Shown: one piece after another, positions 30,183 to 39,010 of the stretch
Layout of the letters: each line of letters opens with the position of its first letter
How positions within the stretch are numbered: the first letter of the stretch is position 1
Origin: a virus
Taxonomy: Duplodnaviria; Caudoviricetes
IMG/VR virus record: IMGVR_UViG_3300009158_000060
Coordinates: 1 to 57,551 of that record
Length of the DNA: 57,551 bases
Reading direction: 5' to 3' (one strand)
The notes under the pieces: model-generated
The model's database searches: none
What the model saw: the letters and a program-made list of their open reading frames with translations, nothing else
What the model was told of the DNA's origin: nothing
Program-made: the position numbers and the translations under genes

Positions 30183-30764
30183 TTAACCTGCCAGACTAAG
30201 GGTATACGTTACGTTCAATGTGTCGCCAGACACAACAGAGCGATCACCGGGGGATGTAAAGTCAGAAGCTGAGTACAGCGTACCAGTCGATCCGCTCTTC
30301 GTGCTGTTACTAATCAAGAATGCACCACCAACAGTTGAGGTTGCGTTAATACTGTAAACAGCGGGAGAAGCTGAGTTGGTCGCCACAGACGGATTGGCTG
30401 TGGTTGGTGTTGCAAATGTGCAAGCCGGACGGGTTGCTTGGCTGTAAGGAACGACTTCAGTCCAACCAGCGTGCGAGGCAGAGGTGTCTCCAGCGGCAGG
30501 GCTGTTGGTCGCGCCTGCACCGTACAAACCGATGTACCAAGTGGCAGTGTATGCACTGCCCAAGAAGTACTTGTTGTTCATGTCCTGCAAGCCGCCATTG
30601 ACAACCAAGTTGGGGCATTCAGCTTCCCACTTCAGCTTGCCGTCTTTGTCAAAACACTGCATCGTGTAAACGCCTTTGGCGGTAGCTGACTCGCCAGCCT
30701 CCAAGGCTTTGGTGATTGCGCTGCCGATGGTATCGGCTGCTTGGGCTTTTTCTATTGCTGACAT
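30183..30764 (-). CDS. virion structural protein
   Basis: NLVVNGG...WYIGL...GDTLNVTYT pattern; RBS AAGGAG. Confidence 0.6.
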   Translation of the reverse strand: MSAIEKAQAADTIGSAITKALEAGESATAKGVYTMQCFDKDGKLKWEAECPNLVVNGGLQDMNNKYFLGSAYTATWYIGLYGAGATNSPAAGDTSASHAGWTEVVPYSQATRPACTFATPTTANPSVATNSASPAVYSINATSTVGGAFLISNSTKSGSTGTLYSASDFTSPGDRSVVSGDTLNVTYTLSLAG

Positions 30765-30774
30765 TTATTGCTCC

Positions 30775-31194
30775 TTACGCAATGCGAATGATCGCTGAAG
30801 TGTTGGTACTAGCTGGAAACTGTACCGTGAAAGTTGCTGCCGAGGTCTTGTTTGAACCAAAATCTAAAACGCAAACAGCGCCGCCAGATGTGTATATCAA
30901 AGCTCCCCGAGCCGTAATAGCGCCTGTCCATTCAGCATTTGCAAACGAAATGTACGCTGTTGTATTAGGTGAATTGCCTATCGTAGGTGTCTGTGTAATC
31001 GTGAGAGCAAGACCGCCAGCCGTGTACCCGTCAGCCACAACTTCGCCCGTAGCCGTATAAGCCGTGGTAGCCGGATTAAGTGTGGCTTCATTGGTGTACA
31101 ACGCCATATAGAACGTGTCGGTCGTAAAGTCGAACGTGCCGTTCATCAGCCCAGTCTTGAAAGTGTTGCAAGCAAAGTTGCCAGTGAACGCCAT
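30775..31194 (-). CDS. virion structural protein
   Basis: FYMALYT, ARGALIY, VLDFG, FTVQFP motifs. Confidence 0.6.
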   Translation of the reverse strand: MAFTGNFACNTFKTGLMNGTFDFTTDTFYMALYTNEATLNPATTAYTATGEVVADGYTAGGLALTITQTPTIGNSPNTTAYISFANAEWTGAITARGALIYTSGGAVCVLDFGSNKTSAATFTVQFPASTNTSAIIRIA

Positions 31195-31895
31195 TATTTA
31201 ACCCCATTGTTCTGCGGTAACGGGGCCACACGTACTTGACCGCTGCGGTAAGCATCACTGCGCTCCATACCGTTGCCCAGACGAATGGCCAGACCAAGGG
31301 CTTCTTTGTACTTCATGTCGTAGCCGGTCATGATGTCAACTTCACCTTTCATATAGGTGTAAGCCTCAACCAAAGAACCGTATAACAGTACAGAGTCAAG
31401 GTTGTCACCCAACCATGTTGTGGATGCGGTGACGATTGACTCGGGGTAGTAGTAATAGTGCAGCTCTACGTCATAGGCCGCATCAGGTGTTGGGCCAAGG
31501 ATGAAGCTCAACTCATTGGTTACCACAGGGCTTGCACCAGAGGTTGTGGTCGGGCCAAACAAAGCGTAGTATTTTGGAATGGCCGTATCTGTTGGTGCGG
31601 GATATGCCTGCCGTATGAAGTTCACATCTTTGTTCAGCAGATACTCGTACGTACCCGCTGCATCAATTACCGCCAATGAATATACCGCCAAGAAATCGCC
31701 GGGGCAAGATAAGTACTTGTTGCTTGCAGTTGTTACACCTGTCTTATTTGCCCTCAGAGATGGGAACTGCACCGTGTTGTAAATGCGTTGCTCCGCCTGC
31801 TGAATAAATGTATTCATAGGCGTAGGATCAGTCGAATAGTTAAAACTATTCTCCGTGTAATCCTGAATTGCAATTACAAGCTGGGCGTAATTCAT
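31194..31895 (-). CDS. head-tail adaptor protein
   Basis: FIQQAEQRI, GPTPD..Y.VELHY, LLYGSLVEA. Confidence 0.65.
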   Translation of the reverse strand: MNYAQLVIAIQDYTENSFNYSTDPTPMNTFIQQAEQRIYNTVQFPSLRANKTGVTTASNKYLSCPGDFLAVYSLAVIDAAGTYEYLLNKDVNFIRQAYPAPTDTAIPKYYALFGPTTTSGASPVVTNELSFILGPTPDAAYDVELHYYYYPESIVTASTTWLGDNLDSVLLYGSLVEAYTYMKGEVDIMTGYDMKYKEALGLAIRLGNGMERSDAYRSGQVRVAPLPQNNGVK

Positions 31896-32092
31896 GCCAT
31901 CGGGCCTCTGGCCATCACGCCTTTGGTGGCTGCGCCAGTACCACGGATTTTAATGCCGTCAGTCTTGGTGCCCTTGTAGTCTCCGCTGCGCACGTTGGCC
32001 ACAGAGACGTTTGCTTCACGCAAATACTCTTTGTTGGGCTGGTTGTACACATCCACGGTCGGGATAGTTTTGGGTTGTTTGTATTCAGCCAT
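31892..32092 (-). CDS. small basic virion-associated protein
   Basis: GIKIRGTGAATKG motif; RBS GGAGG. Confidence 0.6.
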   Translation of the reverse strand: MAEYKQPKTIPTVDVYNQPNKEYLREANVSVANVRSGDYKGTKTDGIKIRGTGAATKGVMARGPMA

Positions 32093-32093
32093 T

Positions 32094-32291
32094 TCAGCCT
32101 CCGCGACCAACAGAACGCTGGTTCATGACCTTGGCCATGTTGCGTCCGTACTTGAGCATGTCGCCGTTGGTTTTACCGCCAGCCTTGAGCTTTGTCATCG
32201 GCTTGCCGGGGTGCATATTCTTTTCATGCTTACCAACGGCGGACTTAATCATCTTCTTGTCCTGTGCCAAATCTTTCTTGTCTTCTGCCAT
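32094..32291 (-). CDS. small basic protein
   Basis: Lys-rich; HEKNMH and LKAGG; RBS AAGGAG. Confidence 0.6.
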   Translation of the reverse strand: MAEDKKDLAQDKKMIKSAVGKHEKNMHPGKPMTKLKAGGKTNGDMLKYGRNMAKVMNQRSVGRGG

Positions 32292-32301
32292 GATCGACTC
32301 C

Positions 32302-32730
32302 TTATGTCGTTGCAATCGTAACTGTACCAAGTTCCACCACTAAAACCAAGTTATTTGGTGTTAAAGCTGCGTCAAAGAACGCTGCTCCACCAACCGGGTT
32401 CCAGCCCCACTGAAATATCCGGCTACCCCCACTGAGTATGCCCTGTGCATCTTCGGCAGTGCTATCCGTCTCAACCACTTGCAAACCTGTGCGCCCAGAT
32501 ACTTGGTAGCTCAGGTCAGGACGCGGATCACGCACCCCTTGCGGGTCATCCACTGGGTACATACCCAGCAACAACTGCGGCTGATCTGGTTCCCAGCACT
32601 CAGGGCACACTTTCAAGTCGTATGTCTTGGTTTTGACAACGAGCTTCTTGAGCGCCGTGAGCTTGAACCGGAAACCGCAACGGTCGCACTCGGCAATTGA
32701 GTTTTTGCCACTGGCAAACCGATTTCCCAT
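32302..32730 (-). CDS. Zn-ribbon structural-module protein
   Basis: CDRCG...CPEC; DPQGVRDPRPD. Confidence 0.6.
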   Translation of the reverse strand: MGNRFASGKNSIAECDRCGFRFKLTALKKLVVKTKTYDLKVCPECWEPDQPQLLLGMYPVDDPQGVRDPRPDLSYQVSGRTGLQVVETDSTAEDAQGILSGGSRIFQWGWNPVGGAAFFDAALTPNNLVLVVELGTVTIATT

Positions 32731-33659
32731 CAGCCGCCCCCAATGAACATCTGTCTGGGCACGAGACGCAACGCGGCGCGTTCTTGATCTTCATCCGCCG
32801 CCGACATCCAAGCCTCGTCATACTGGGCTTTCAGCACCACCAACCTATCCATGCCACCCGGAACCTTCAAAGCGATGTAGTAGGCCAATCCAGCCACCAT
32901 ACAGGGCACAAAACGGAAGGGAACGTCCATGACGTTGACACCACTGCCAGCATCCTGCACCCGGCGCATGCGCCAGTACACGAATTGATAGGTTTGGGAG
33001 CCATCAGGAGTGGGCCAGACAGTGATTCGGGGGAGGTTGGGTACGTAGACAGCCGCGCCAGCGGTGTGGGCTGCGGCGGTCGTGTTGTTCTGGGCACGGA
33101 AACAGTCACCCAAGTCGTTGCCGTCCACGTATGTGTAGTAGATCGTCTCGCTGTCCAGCGTGATGTAGCCCGATGTGGCCAGACCAACTGTGCTGGAGAG
33201 GGTGATTGTGGTGTCTGTGGACGTGATGGTGGTCGCCAAAGTCACGCCAGAAGGAGCATTCTGGCCATCCAGACGCTGATACCAGACCTGAATCGGTCTG
33301 GCTTGGGTCAGTTTGTTGGGGATGGTTGCGTAGGTTGACACGCTGATGCGTGTGATTGTCAAATCTGACTGGGTTGCGGCCACGTTTGCGTTGGTTCGGA
33401 TCACATGATCCAGCAAATCCACCGTATCGGTGGGGATGGCGTAGGTATTTAACCCCTGCTCAAAGGTAATCGTGCCCTGCTCAAACGTCCACATGTTGAT
33501 GCCACGGTTTGCCCAGTCAGCAAACAGTAAGTTCAGTGATCGCCGTGCAGTTTTCAAGTCATAACCGGTGCGCAACTCTGAACCAGCACGCTCAAAAGCT
33601 TCCTCTACCAGTTCGGTGAGGTCTAAATTGAAGCCTGTTGATCCAGAGGTGTTCGCCAT
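32730..33659 (-). CDS. head-tail connector (P22 gp4-like) with inserted beta domain
   Basis: EEAFERAG...ARRSLNLLFADWANRG, VWPTPD, GLAYYIA. Confidence 0.65.
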   Translation of the reverse strand: MANTSGSTGFNLDLTELVEEAFERAGSELRTGYDLKTARRSLNLLFADWANRGINMWTFEQGTITFEQGLNTYAIPTDTVDLLDHVIRTNANVAATQSDLTITRISVSTYATIPNKLTQARPIQVWYQRLDGQNAPSGVTLATTITSTDTTITLSSTVGLATSGYITLDSETIYYTYVDGNDLGDCFRAQNNTTAAAHTAGAAVYVPNLPRITVWPTPDGSQTYQFVYWRMRRVQDAGSGVNVMDVPFRFVPCMVAGLAYYIALKVPGGMDRLVVLKAQYDEAWMSAADEDQERAALRLVPRQMFIGGG

Positions 33660-33910
33660 TATTTAGACATCCGCATGTTGTCAATCAGATTGGGGTAGGG
33701 TCTACCAGCAGCTTTTGCCGCAGCCTTAGCTTTGGCTTTTTTGTCGGAAGACAGTTTCTTGGGGGCACCCAAATCCTTTGGCCGTGGTTTGTCCCACACG
33801 GCTCCACCCTTTTTGTACTGAGTGAAGTCGGTGTCATCGCGGCGTGATTTCTTCACACCGTTGGGCATTTTGGAGGGGTTGATGTCCCCCATTCCACGGC
33901 TGGCTCTCAT
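33659..33910 (-). CDS. small basic protein
   Basis: MRASRGMG, YKKGG, AGRPYPNLIDNM. Confidence 0.6.
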   Translation of the reverse strand: MRASRGMGDINPSKMPNGVKKSRRDDTDFTQYKKGGAVWDKPRPKDLGAPKKLSSDKKAKAKAAAKAAGRPYPNLIDNMRMSK

Positions 33911-33911
33911 C

Positions 33912-34280
33912 TCAGCACATCTTTCCGCCGGATTTCATGGTAATCATTTTGCCTTTGGTCTTGCCTTTGACAGCAACACCATCACGGCTGGGGGCAGCAG
34001 TTTTTACTGAACCCATCTTGGCAGAAGTGATGCCGCCAGAGGCCATCTTCTTCATTGGCATTTCTGGTTTCTTACCTGCTGCCATCGCTTTTTTCTTGGC
34101 AATCATTTCCATGAACGGGTTTGCTTTAGCCATATCACCACCTCTTTTAAAAGTTTTGCCTTTGTCGGCAGTTGAAAAATCCTTGCCCACAGACTGCGGG
34201 ACTCCGACTTTCTTGGCAAACGACGGGTTGTTAGCCACCGCCGCCATGAAATTGTGTTGCTTCTTACTCGTGCTCGGCAT
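33912..34280 (-). CDS. small basic protein
   Basis: MPSTSKKQHNFMAA; three xxxGG motifs; RDGVAVKGKTKG. Confidence 0.6.
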   Translation of the reverse strand: MPSTSKKQHNFMAAVANNPSFAKKVGVPQSVGKDFSTADKGKTFKRGGDMAKANPFMEMIAKKKAMAAGKKPEMPMKKMASGGITSAKMGSVKTAAPSRDGVAVKGKTKGKMITMKSGGKMC

Positions 34281-34470
34281 CGTCTGCCTTCTTTTTACTG
34301 AGCAGTTTGTAAAAATCTTTACCTGTGGCCATTTCGTAAATGCGCATGGCCCCCACTACTGCGCCAATCAAGGCAAACAGTGGGTTAAACATTTCCAAGA
34401 ACGCGCCAAACGTGCTGAAAATAGCCACGAAATCCAATACGTTTTTTACGTTGTCTGTGTGTTCTGTCAT
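34264..34470 (-). CDS. small membrane protein
   Basis: ATG 34470 overlaps the upstream TGA; two hydrophobic stretches then RIYE. Confidence 0.55.
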   Translation of the reverse strand: MTEHTDNVKNVLDFVAIFSTFGAFLEMFNPLFALIGAVVGAMRIYEMATGKDFYKLLSKKKADDAEHE

Positions 34471-34757
34471 ACCATCCGACCCTTTGTTTTGCCTTTGACG
34501 CAACAGCCGTCTGCACGTTTGGAAGCTGTCATGCCGCCTTTTGCCAGTTTCTGCATCTTCACGTCTTTACCCACATTTGCTGGAGCAAGACCTTTATCCA
34601 TTTTCAGGTTTTTTGCAGCATCGGGCGTAGCAATAGGCAACGGGGTAACCCGGATACCGCTACCAAGCATCTCAGGCATACCGGGTTCGTTTTTGCCAAA
34701 CTTTCGGCCTGCTGATGCGTCATCCGGTTCATCCGGTGCTTTGATGTTCTTTGCCAT
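34467..34757 (-). CDS. small basic protein
   Basis: LAKGG and RADGCCVKGKTKGRM. Confidence 0.6.
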   Translation of the reverse strand: MAKNIKAPDEPDDASAGRKFGKNEPGMPEMLGSGIRVTPLPIATPDAAKNLKMDKGLAPANVGKDVKMQKLAKGGMTASKRADGCCVKGKTKGRMV

Positions 34758-34765
34758 GATTTACC

Positions 34766-35020
34766 TCAACATTTCCAAGCCCGAAGGCTTTTGTTAATCC
34801 TCGAATCTGGGTCTTTTGCGGTCTTGGCGCTTGTCAGCTTCTTCTTCATGCCTTCCATCCGGGCGCAGAAAGAGTCGCGGCGTTTGCCGCCCTCTGGTTG
34901 AGGAGCTTTCAGACCCGGCTTGCCGGGGTTCGCCTTGTTGTAGGAAGCCCGACCTTTGGCGTTCAAGCCGCCCTTCTCGGATTTCCCTTCCTTGCGTGTC
35001 CATGCTGCTGACTTAGCCAT
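34766..35020 (-). CDS. small basic protein (DUF6321-like)
   Basis: GGLNAKGR...RRDSFCARM...SLRAWKC. Confidence 0.6.
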   Translation of the reverse strand: MAKSAAWTRKEGKSEKGGLNAKGRASYNKANPGKPGLKAPQPEGGKRRDSFCARMEGMKKKLTSAKTAKDPDSRINKSLRAWKC

Positions 35021-35294
35021 AGAACGTCGTAATTTTTGCGGTTGCGGGTAGCGTTACATGAATGTCTGTTGTAAACAAAATGCCCTCGCCCGGAACAGAT
35101 AGCGTGATTGGTTGCGTGCCAGTGCCAATATTAAATTGCAAACGAATCGTGCCAGAAGCACCCCCGTCTCGGAAAATAACATCTCCCGCTGTTCCGCCAG
35201 AAATGCAATGATATGCCTTTAGGCGGTTGCGCTCAGATACCACTGTGCCTGTAGCTTCTACGTGCGCGGCTTTTACGTCTGTCTGCATTGTCAT
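35013..35294 (-). CDS. small virion protein
   Basis: VPGEGILF motif; RBS AGGAG. Confidence 0.6.
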   Translation of the reverse strand: MTMQTDVKAAHVEATGTVVSERNRLKAYHCISGGTAGDVIFRDGGASGTIRLQFNIGTGTQPITLSVPGEGILFTTDIHVTLPATAKITTFYG

Positions 35295-35311
35295 AATCAA
35301 ACTCCTGATTT

Positions 35312-35332
35312 AACAGGGGCCGAAGCCCCGTT
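35312..35332 (-). promoter_or_regulatory. UUCG-tetraloop intergenic hairpin
   Basis: minus strand AACGGGGC-TTCG-GCCCCTGTT; same 14-nt core as 2143-2156. Confidence 0.5.
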
Positions 35333-35339
35333 GGGTTGA

Positions 35340-35882
35340 TTAAGAGTTGGCAAACGGTGTGGCAACAGAACCAGTAGCCATCACCAAACCATTGACCATG
35401 TACTTGTTGGCGGCGATTGCAAAAATCTGCACCCATGAACCAGCAACACCACCAGTGGTTGTGCCATTCAAATTGATGAAGTCGTTTGCGGCTGCGGCTG
35501 AGTAACCCAGCATAGTAGCGCCGTCACTGTCAGTGTCATTCAAAAGGATTGTGCCAACGTACTTGTCAGTGCCGTTTGTGCCAATCTTCAATGAGCTGGT
35601 AGCAATGGTTGTGGGAACCCAGATTGTGTACACAACGCCTTGGTTGTTTGATGTACTTGGGTCTTGGCCGGGGCCAGAGGTTGTGGGGTTAGTTGAAACG
35701 TCAATGGCGGGCAAAGTCAAAACGACATCTGCGGCCAATGTGCCACCAACAGAAATAATGCGGCCAGCGTGATCGGTGGGGTTTAATGTGGTTGAAGCAG
35801 TGATTGCAACAACAGCGGCTGGGCCTTGGTTGTACATACCCGCCAATGAACGAACTGGGCCTTGAAACGTAGTGCGTGCCAT
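35340..35882 (-). CDS. capsid decoration/fibre-like protein
   Basis: MARTTFQGPVRS N-terminus; LTLPA; LNGTTTGG; follows the capsid gene. Confidence 0.6.
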   Translation of the reverse strand: MARTTFQGPVRSLAGMYNQGPAAVVAITASTTLNPTDHAGRIISVGGTLAADVVLTLPAIDVSTNPTTSGPGQDPSTSNNQGVVYTIWVPTTIATSSLKIGTNGTDKYVGTILLNDTDSDGATMLGYSAAAANDFINLNGTTTGGVAGSWVQIFAIAANKYMVNGLVMATGSVATPFANS

Positions 35883-35893
35883 GATTTTTCCTT

Positions 35894-35960
35894 ACATGCA
35901 AGTTAGCGTATCTGTCTGCATGTCGTCAGCCGGGACTGTCAGATACACCGGAAACCCCGG
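35894..35960 (-). ncRNA. candidate pseudoknotted cis-regulatory RNA
   Basis: three interleaved complementary pairs CCGGG/CCCGG, GTGTATCTG/CAGATACGC, ACATGCA/TGCATGT. Confidence 0.4.
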
Positions 35961-35980
35961 AATGGTTTGAATATACCTCA

Positions 35981-36008
35981 AAAGAAAAGGGGGCGCTAGC
36001 CCCCTTTT
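35981..36008 (-). terminator. intrinsic terminator after the major capsid gene
   Basis: AAAAGGGGGC-TAGC-GCCCCCTTTTCTTT. Confidence 0.8.
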
Positions 36009-36018
36009 CAGCTTTTGC

Positions 36019-36948
36019 TTACGCGCCAGCAGAACCCCACATACCGAGGGGATCAGACCAGCCGAAGCTATAACGCTCACGAGCTTTGTAACGGACGTTG
36101 CCGGTATCAAAGTCGCCGTCCATTGAGTTAGCCAGAGGCATACGCTCAAAGTGCTTCATGCCGTTGGGAACGTCAGTAATCAAATACCAGCCGTTGACAT
36201 CGGTCAAGAAGTGATTGACGGTGTAGCCTTCAGGGATTGCACCCATCTGCTTCAACGCGTTGATGTCGTTGTCAGCAGTAGAGACACGCAGTTCAGTGTC
36301 AAGCAAACGCTTGGCAACGAACATCAGTGAAGGTGGAATAACCATCTTGCGAGGCTTGGCGGCGATCAACAGACCACGCTCATCAGTCCATGCTGCGATT
36401 TGAATCACGGCATTTTCCAAAGAGGTTTCGTTCAGGTCAACACCAGTGGTGGGGCTGTTGTAGTTAACAGAGCCGTTCACCAGCGGGTGGCCAACACGAG
36501 TGCTGGAGCTGTTGTTACCAAACAAGGTAACGCCGTCACCGCCCAAGTATGAACCGTTGAAACCGTTGTTGATAACGGAAGCGGCTTTGACTTGCTTGGT
36601 GTAGGACATGGCACGGGCCAGAGCTTTGGTGTAACGAGCAGACAGGCTGTCGTACAAGTTATCTTCGACCGCTTCTTCAGTGATCGAGAAACCCAGAGCA
36701 ATGGTTTCGTGGTTGTAACGTGCGGTGAAAGCTTCCTGCGCATTGTCATAAGAAATTGCAGAACCTTCATTCTTTACGGGAGCGGCACCGAAACCAGCAA
36801 GCTTGGTCTCTTCTTCAAAGCTACGCTCAGATTTCTCTGTTTCGTAGATTTCTTTGTGCTCTTCGCCGTAGCGTGCGTACTCCATACCAAACAATGCGTT
36901 CAGTCCGGGGAGCAACTCTTTCAGTAGTTGTGCGCGTGAAATTGCCAT
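36019..36948 (-). CDS. major capsid protein
   Basis: MAISRAQLLKELLPGLNALFG...DFDTGNVRYKARERYSFGWSD; strong RBS; followed by a terminator. Confidence 0.85.
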   Translation of the reverse strand: MAISRAQLLKELLPGLNALFGMEYARYGEEHKEIYETEKSERSFEEETKLAGFGAAPVKNEGSAISYDNAQEAFTARYNHETIALGFSITEEAVEDNLYDSLSARYTKALARAMSYTKQVKAASVINNGFNGSYLGGDGVTLFGNNSSSTRVGHPLVNGSVNYNSPTTGVDLNETSLENAVIQIAAWTDERGLLIAAKPRKMVIPPSLMFVAKRLLDTELRVSTADNDINALKQMGAIPEGYTVNHFLTDVNGWYLITDVPNGMKHFERMPLANSMDGDFDTGNVRYKARERYSFGWSDPLGMWGSAGA

Positions 36949-36961
36949 TTTGAGTTACTCC

Positions 36962-37588
36962 TTACAGGCCAACTGCGTTGGTAAATGAGTGATAGCCGGG
37001 GTTAATTTTGACAAGTATGTCGGTGTAAGCATCGCCTACAGTCGAGAAGCCTTGCATATTAACGAACCCAACAACACGGAAAGCTGCGGTGGTAGTCACA
37101 GCAGAGGAACCAACCACGACAGAAGCCGTAGAGTTACCTGTTGATGTGCTGCCTGTTGCCACAGCGCTGGTTGAGAAGAATATGTTTGCGCCCAATGCAG
37201 TTTGTGCAACAGTACCAGCGGACTGGACTTGGAACACAACACCGGGATCATCCACAACGTAAGCGTTAATTACGCCAGTAACACCTGTGGGGTAGTACTG
37301 TGCATAGATCACTTGACCTTGCGTGTTGATGTACGAACAGCCAACGAACACACCCACGATACCGGTATTAGCGGTGCCAGTAGGAAAGCCATTGGTGGTC
37401 GCGTCAGCGCCGGTTGCGGTTGCCACAGCCAGATAGCCAGACGAGTTCACATACACGGGCGAACCGTTGTAAATGCTCGAGGCAGTGCCTGCGGGGTCGA
37501 TGAGATAAGAACGGGTCGCACCTGCATATGGTGTGCCGCCCAACTCATTTACGGGTTTTAGGCCGTAAGGGGATGCTACTGATGCCAT
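36962..37588 (-). CDS. capsid cement/minor capsid protein
   Basis: PYGLKPV, GVFVGCSY, YVVDDP; directly upstream of the capsid gene. Confidence 0.6.
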   Translation of the reverse strand: MASVASPYGLKPVNELGGTPYAGATRSYLIDPAGTASSIYNGSPVYVNSSGYLAVATATGADATTNGFPTGTANTGIVGVFVGCSYINTQGQVIYAQYYPTGVTGVINAYVVDDPGVVFQVQSAGTVAQTALGANIFFSTSAVATGSTSTGNSTASVVVGSSAVTTTAAFRVVGFVNMQGFSTVGDAYTDILVKINPGYHSFTNAVGL

Positions 37589-37603
37589 TTAAGGACTCCT
37601 TGT

Positions 37604-38056
37604 TTATTTAGAACCTGAACCAAATCCGGCTCCGCGACTGACTGACGATTTTTTCTCGGCAAACAGCGGCATTATCGGATTGTTGTTTCGCATGAAGTGG
37701 TTGTCCACTGATTCCATCTGGTTCTGAGCTTGTTTGTCGTAGTACTCATTACGTGCATCCGCTTTATCAGAAGGCATCTTGCAAAGCATTAGGCCACCAA
37801 TTTCAACGTTACCCGTTTTTTCACTACCAACAATCATTAACTCAGGATGATCTACTGCTTTCACCGGCTCCCAGCCATCGCGGAACTTGCGTGACACGTT
37901 GGTCGGTTCGTGCTGACCCAAGACATGTGTAGCTACCCAACGGTAGATATATCCGGGTTCAGGTGTCGGATCGGGCAGTGCAGTCGGCGGTACGTATACA
38001 GCACGAGCTTGCTTTTCGCGTGACACATTGTCACGAGGGTTACGGTTTTCAGCCAT
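37604..38056 (-). CDS. head morphogenesis protein
   Basis: GYIYRWV, DGWEPV, IGGLMLCK. Confidence 0.55.
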   Translation of the reverse strand: MAENRNPRDNVSREKQARAVYVPPTALPDPTPEPGYIYRWVATHVLGQHEPTNVSRKFRDGWEPVKAVDHPELMIVGSEKTGNVEIGGLMLCKMPSDKADARNEYYDKQAQNQMESVDNHFMRNNNPIMPLFAEKKSSVSRGAGFGSGSK

Positions 38057-38999
38057 TTTGATTCTCCAATTTTAAAACTTCTGCAACATATTTTTTCGGG
38101 TCGAGGTTGTACTTTTTAATTAACGCCGCTTGTGTTGGCGTTAACTGTATCTTCCTTGTCCCGGTTGAACGTGATGCAGGGGCCACCACGGATGATGGAC
38201 GCCTCGGAGTCTCACTCGACCTAGGCCTTTCGTCGCTTCCACCGAAAACTTCAGGGAACTTCGACTTCACGCGAGCATCTATCTGCTCGAAGTAATCATC
38301 GCTGCGGGGATCGACCCCGTTGTTGACTAGTTTCTGGTGCAGCCCTAGTGCAAAGCTGGTAACTTCTTCAAACCCGTCTGTGCCAAACCACTGGTTTTTT
38401 GCTTGCCAGCGCAAGGTTTTTTCGTCAGCACGCACCGGTTCGGGTGCTTGTTGTCGCTGTTGTACCTCATAATTTTCGTTCTGTAAAGGGGGTGGACGAA
38501 AATTCTGCGCATTTTGCACTTTTGTTTTGGCTTCAAACAACGCTTCTTGGGCGGCAAGGATGGCATCAGAGTCAAAAGACTCCTGTGCGGCCTTGTAATC
38601 CCGGCGTGCTTTGTCCAATTCAGCCTCGGCAGCAGACTTGGCCATTGCGCCGTACTGTTCTGTGCCGTTGCTTACGTACTGCTTTAGTTTGTTGTTTTCA
38701 CTGACGTAGTGCTGTGCAAGACGCTCAAGCTCTTGCTTTTCCCGTAAAAGGGTCTCTTTGGCTCGACGTTCGTCGTGACGGGCGTGGGTCAACTCTTTGA
38801 TGCGTTTTTGGGCACCTTGGGTGTATGACTCAATCTCATCATCGGTTGGGTCTGCTACCTCTTTGTCAAGGGGGCGACGACCACGATCCTGTTCAGGTGT
38901 GTCGTCAACGATTTCAATTTCAACATCATCTTCGGTTTGAATTTCAACCTTCTGATTCTTGTCGTCATCAAGTTCGTCGGGGAACTTGTATTCGGCCAT
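38049..38999 (-). CDS. scaffolding protein
   Basis: acidic N-terminus, long coiled coil, W..KN.WFG, C-terminal LTPTQ...Y. Confidence 0.7.
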   Translation of the reverse strand: MAEYKFPDELDDDKNQKVEIQTEDDVEIEIVDDTPEQDRGRRPLDKEVADPTDDEIESYTQGAQKRIKELTHARHDERRAKETLLREKQELERLAQHYVSENNKLKQYVSNGTEQYGAMAKSAAEAELDKARRDYKAAQESFDSDAILAAQEALFEAKTKVQNAQNFRPPPLQNENYEVQQRQQAPEPVRADEKTLRWQAKNQWFGTDGFEEVTSFALGLHQKLVNNGVDPRSDDYFEQIDARVKSKFPEVFGGSDERPRSSETPRRPSSVVAPASRSTGTRKIQLTPTQAALIKKYNLDPKKYVAEVLKLENQNG

Positions 39000-39010
39000 A
39001 TCTACTCCTT

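Noticed and set aside
29974-30186. Plus-strand 70-aa ORF from the track
   Set aside because: The minus-strand ORF 30004-30180 fits the operon better
33937-34797. 286-aa plus-strand ORF
   Set aside because: Antisense to several well-formed coupled late genes
35885-35930. Hammerhead ribozyme (CUGACGA...GAAA on the minus strand)
   Set aside because: Four extra bases separate the stem from GAAA, and no stem I/III with an NUH site could be built
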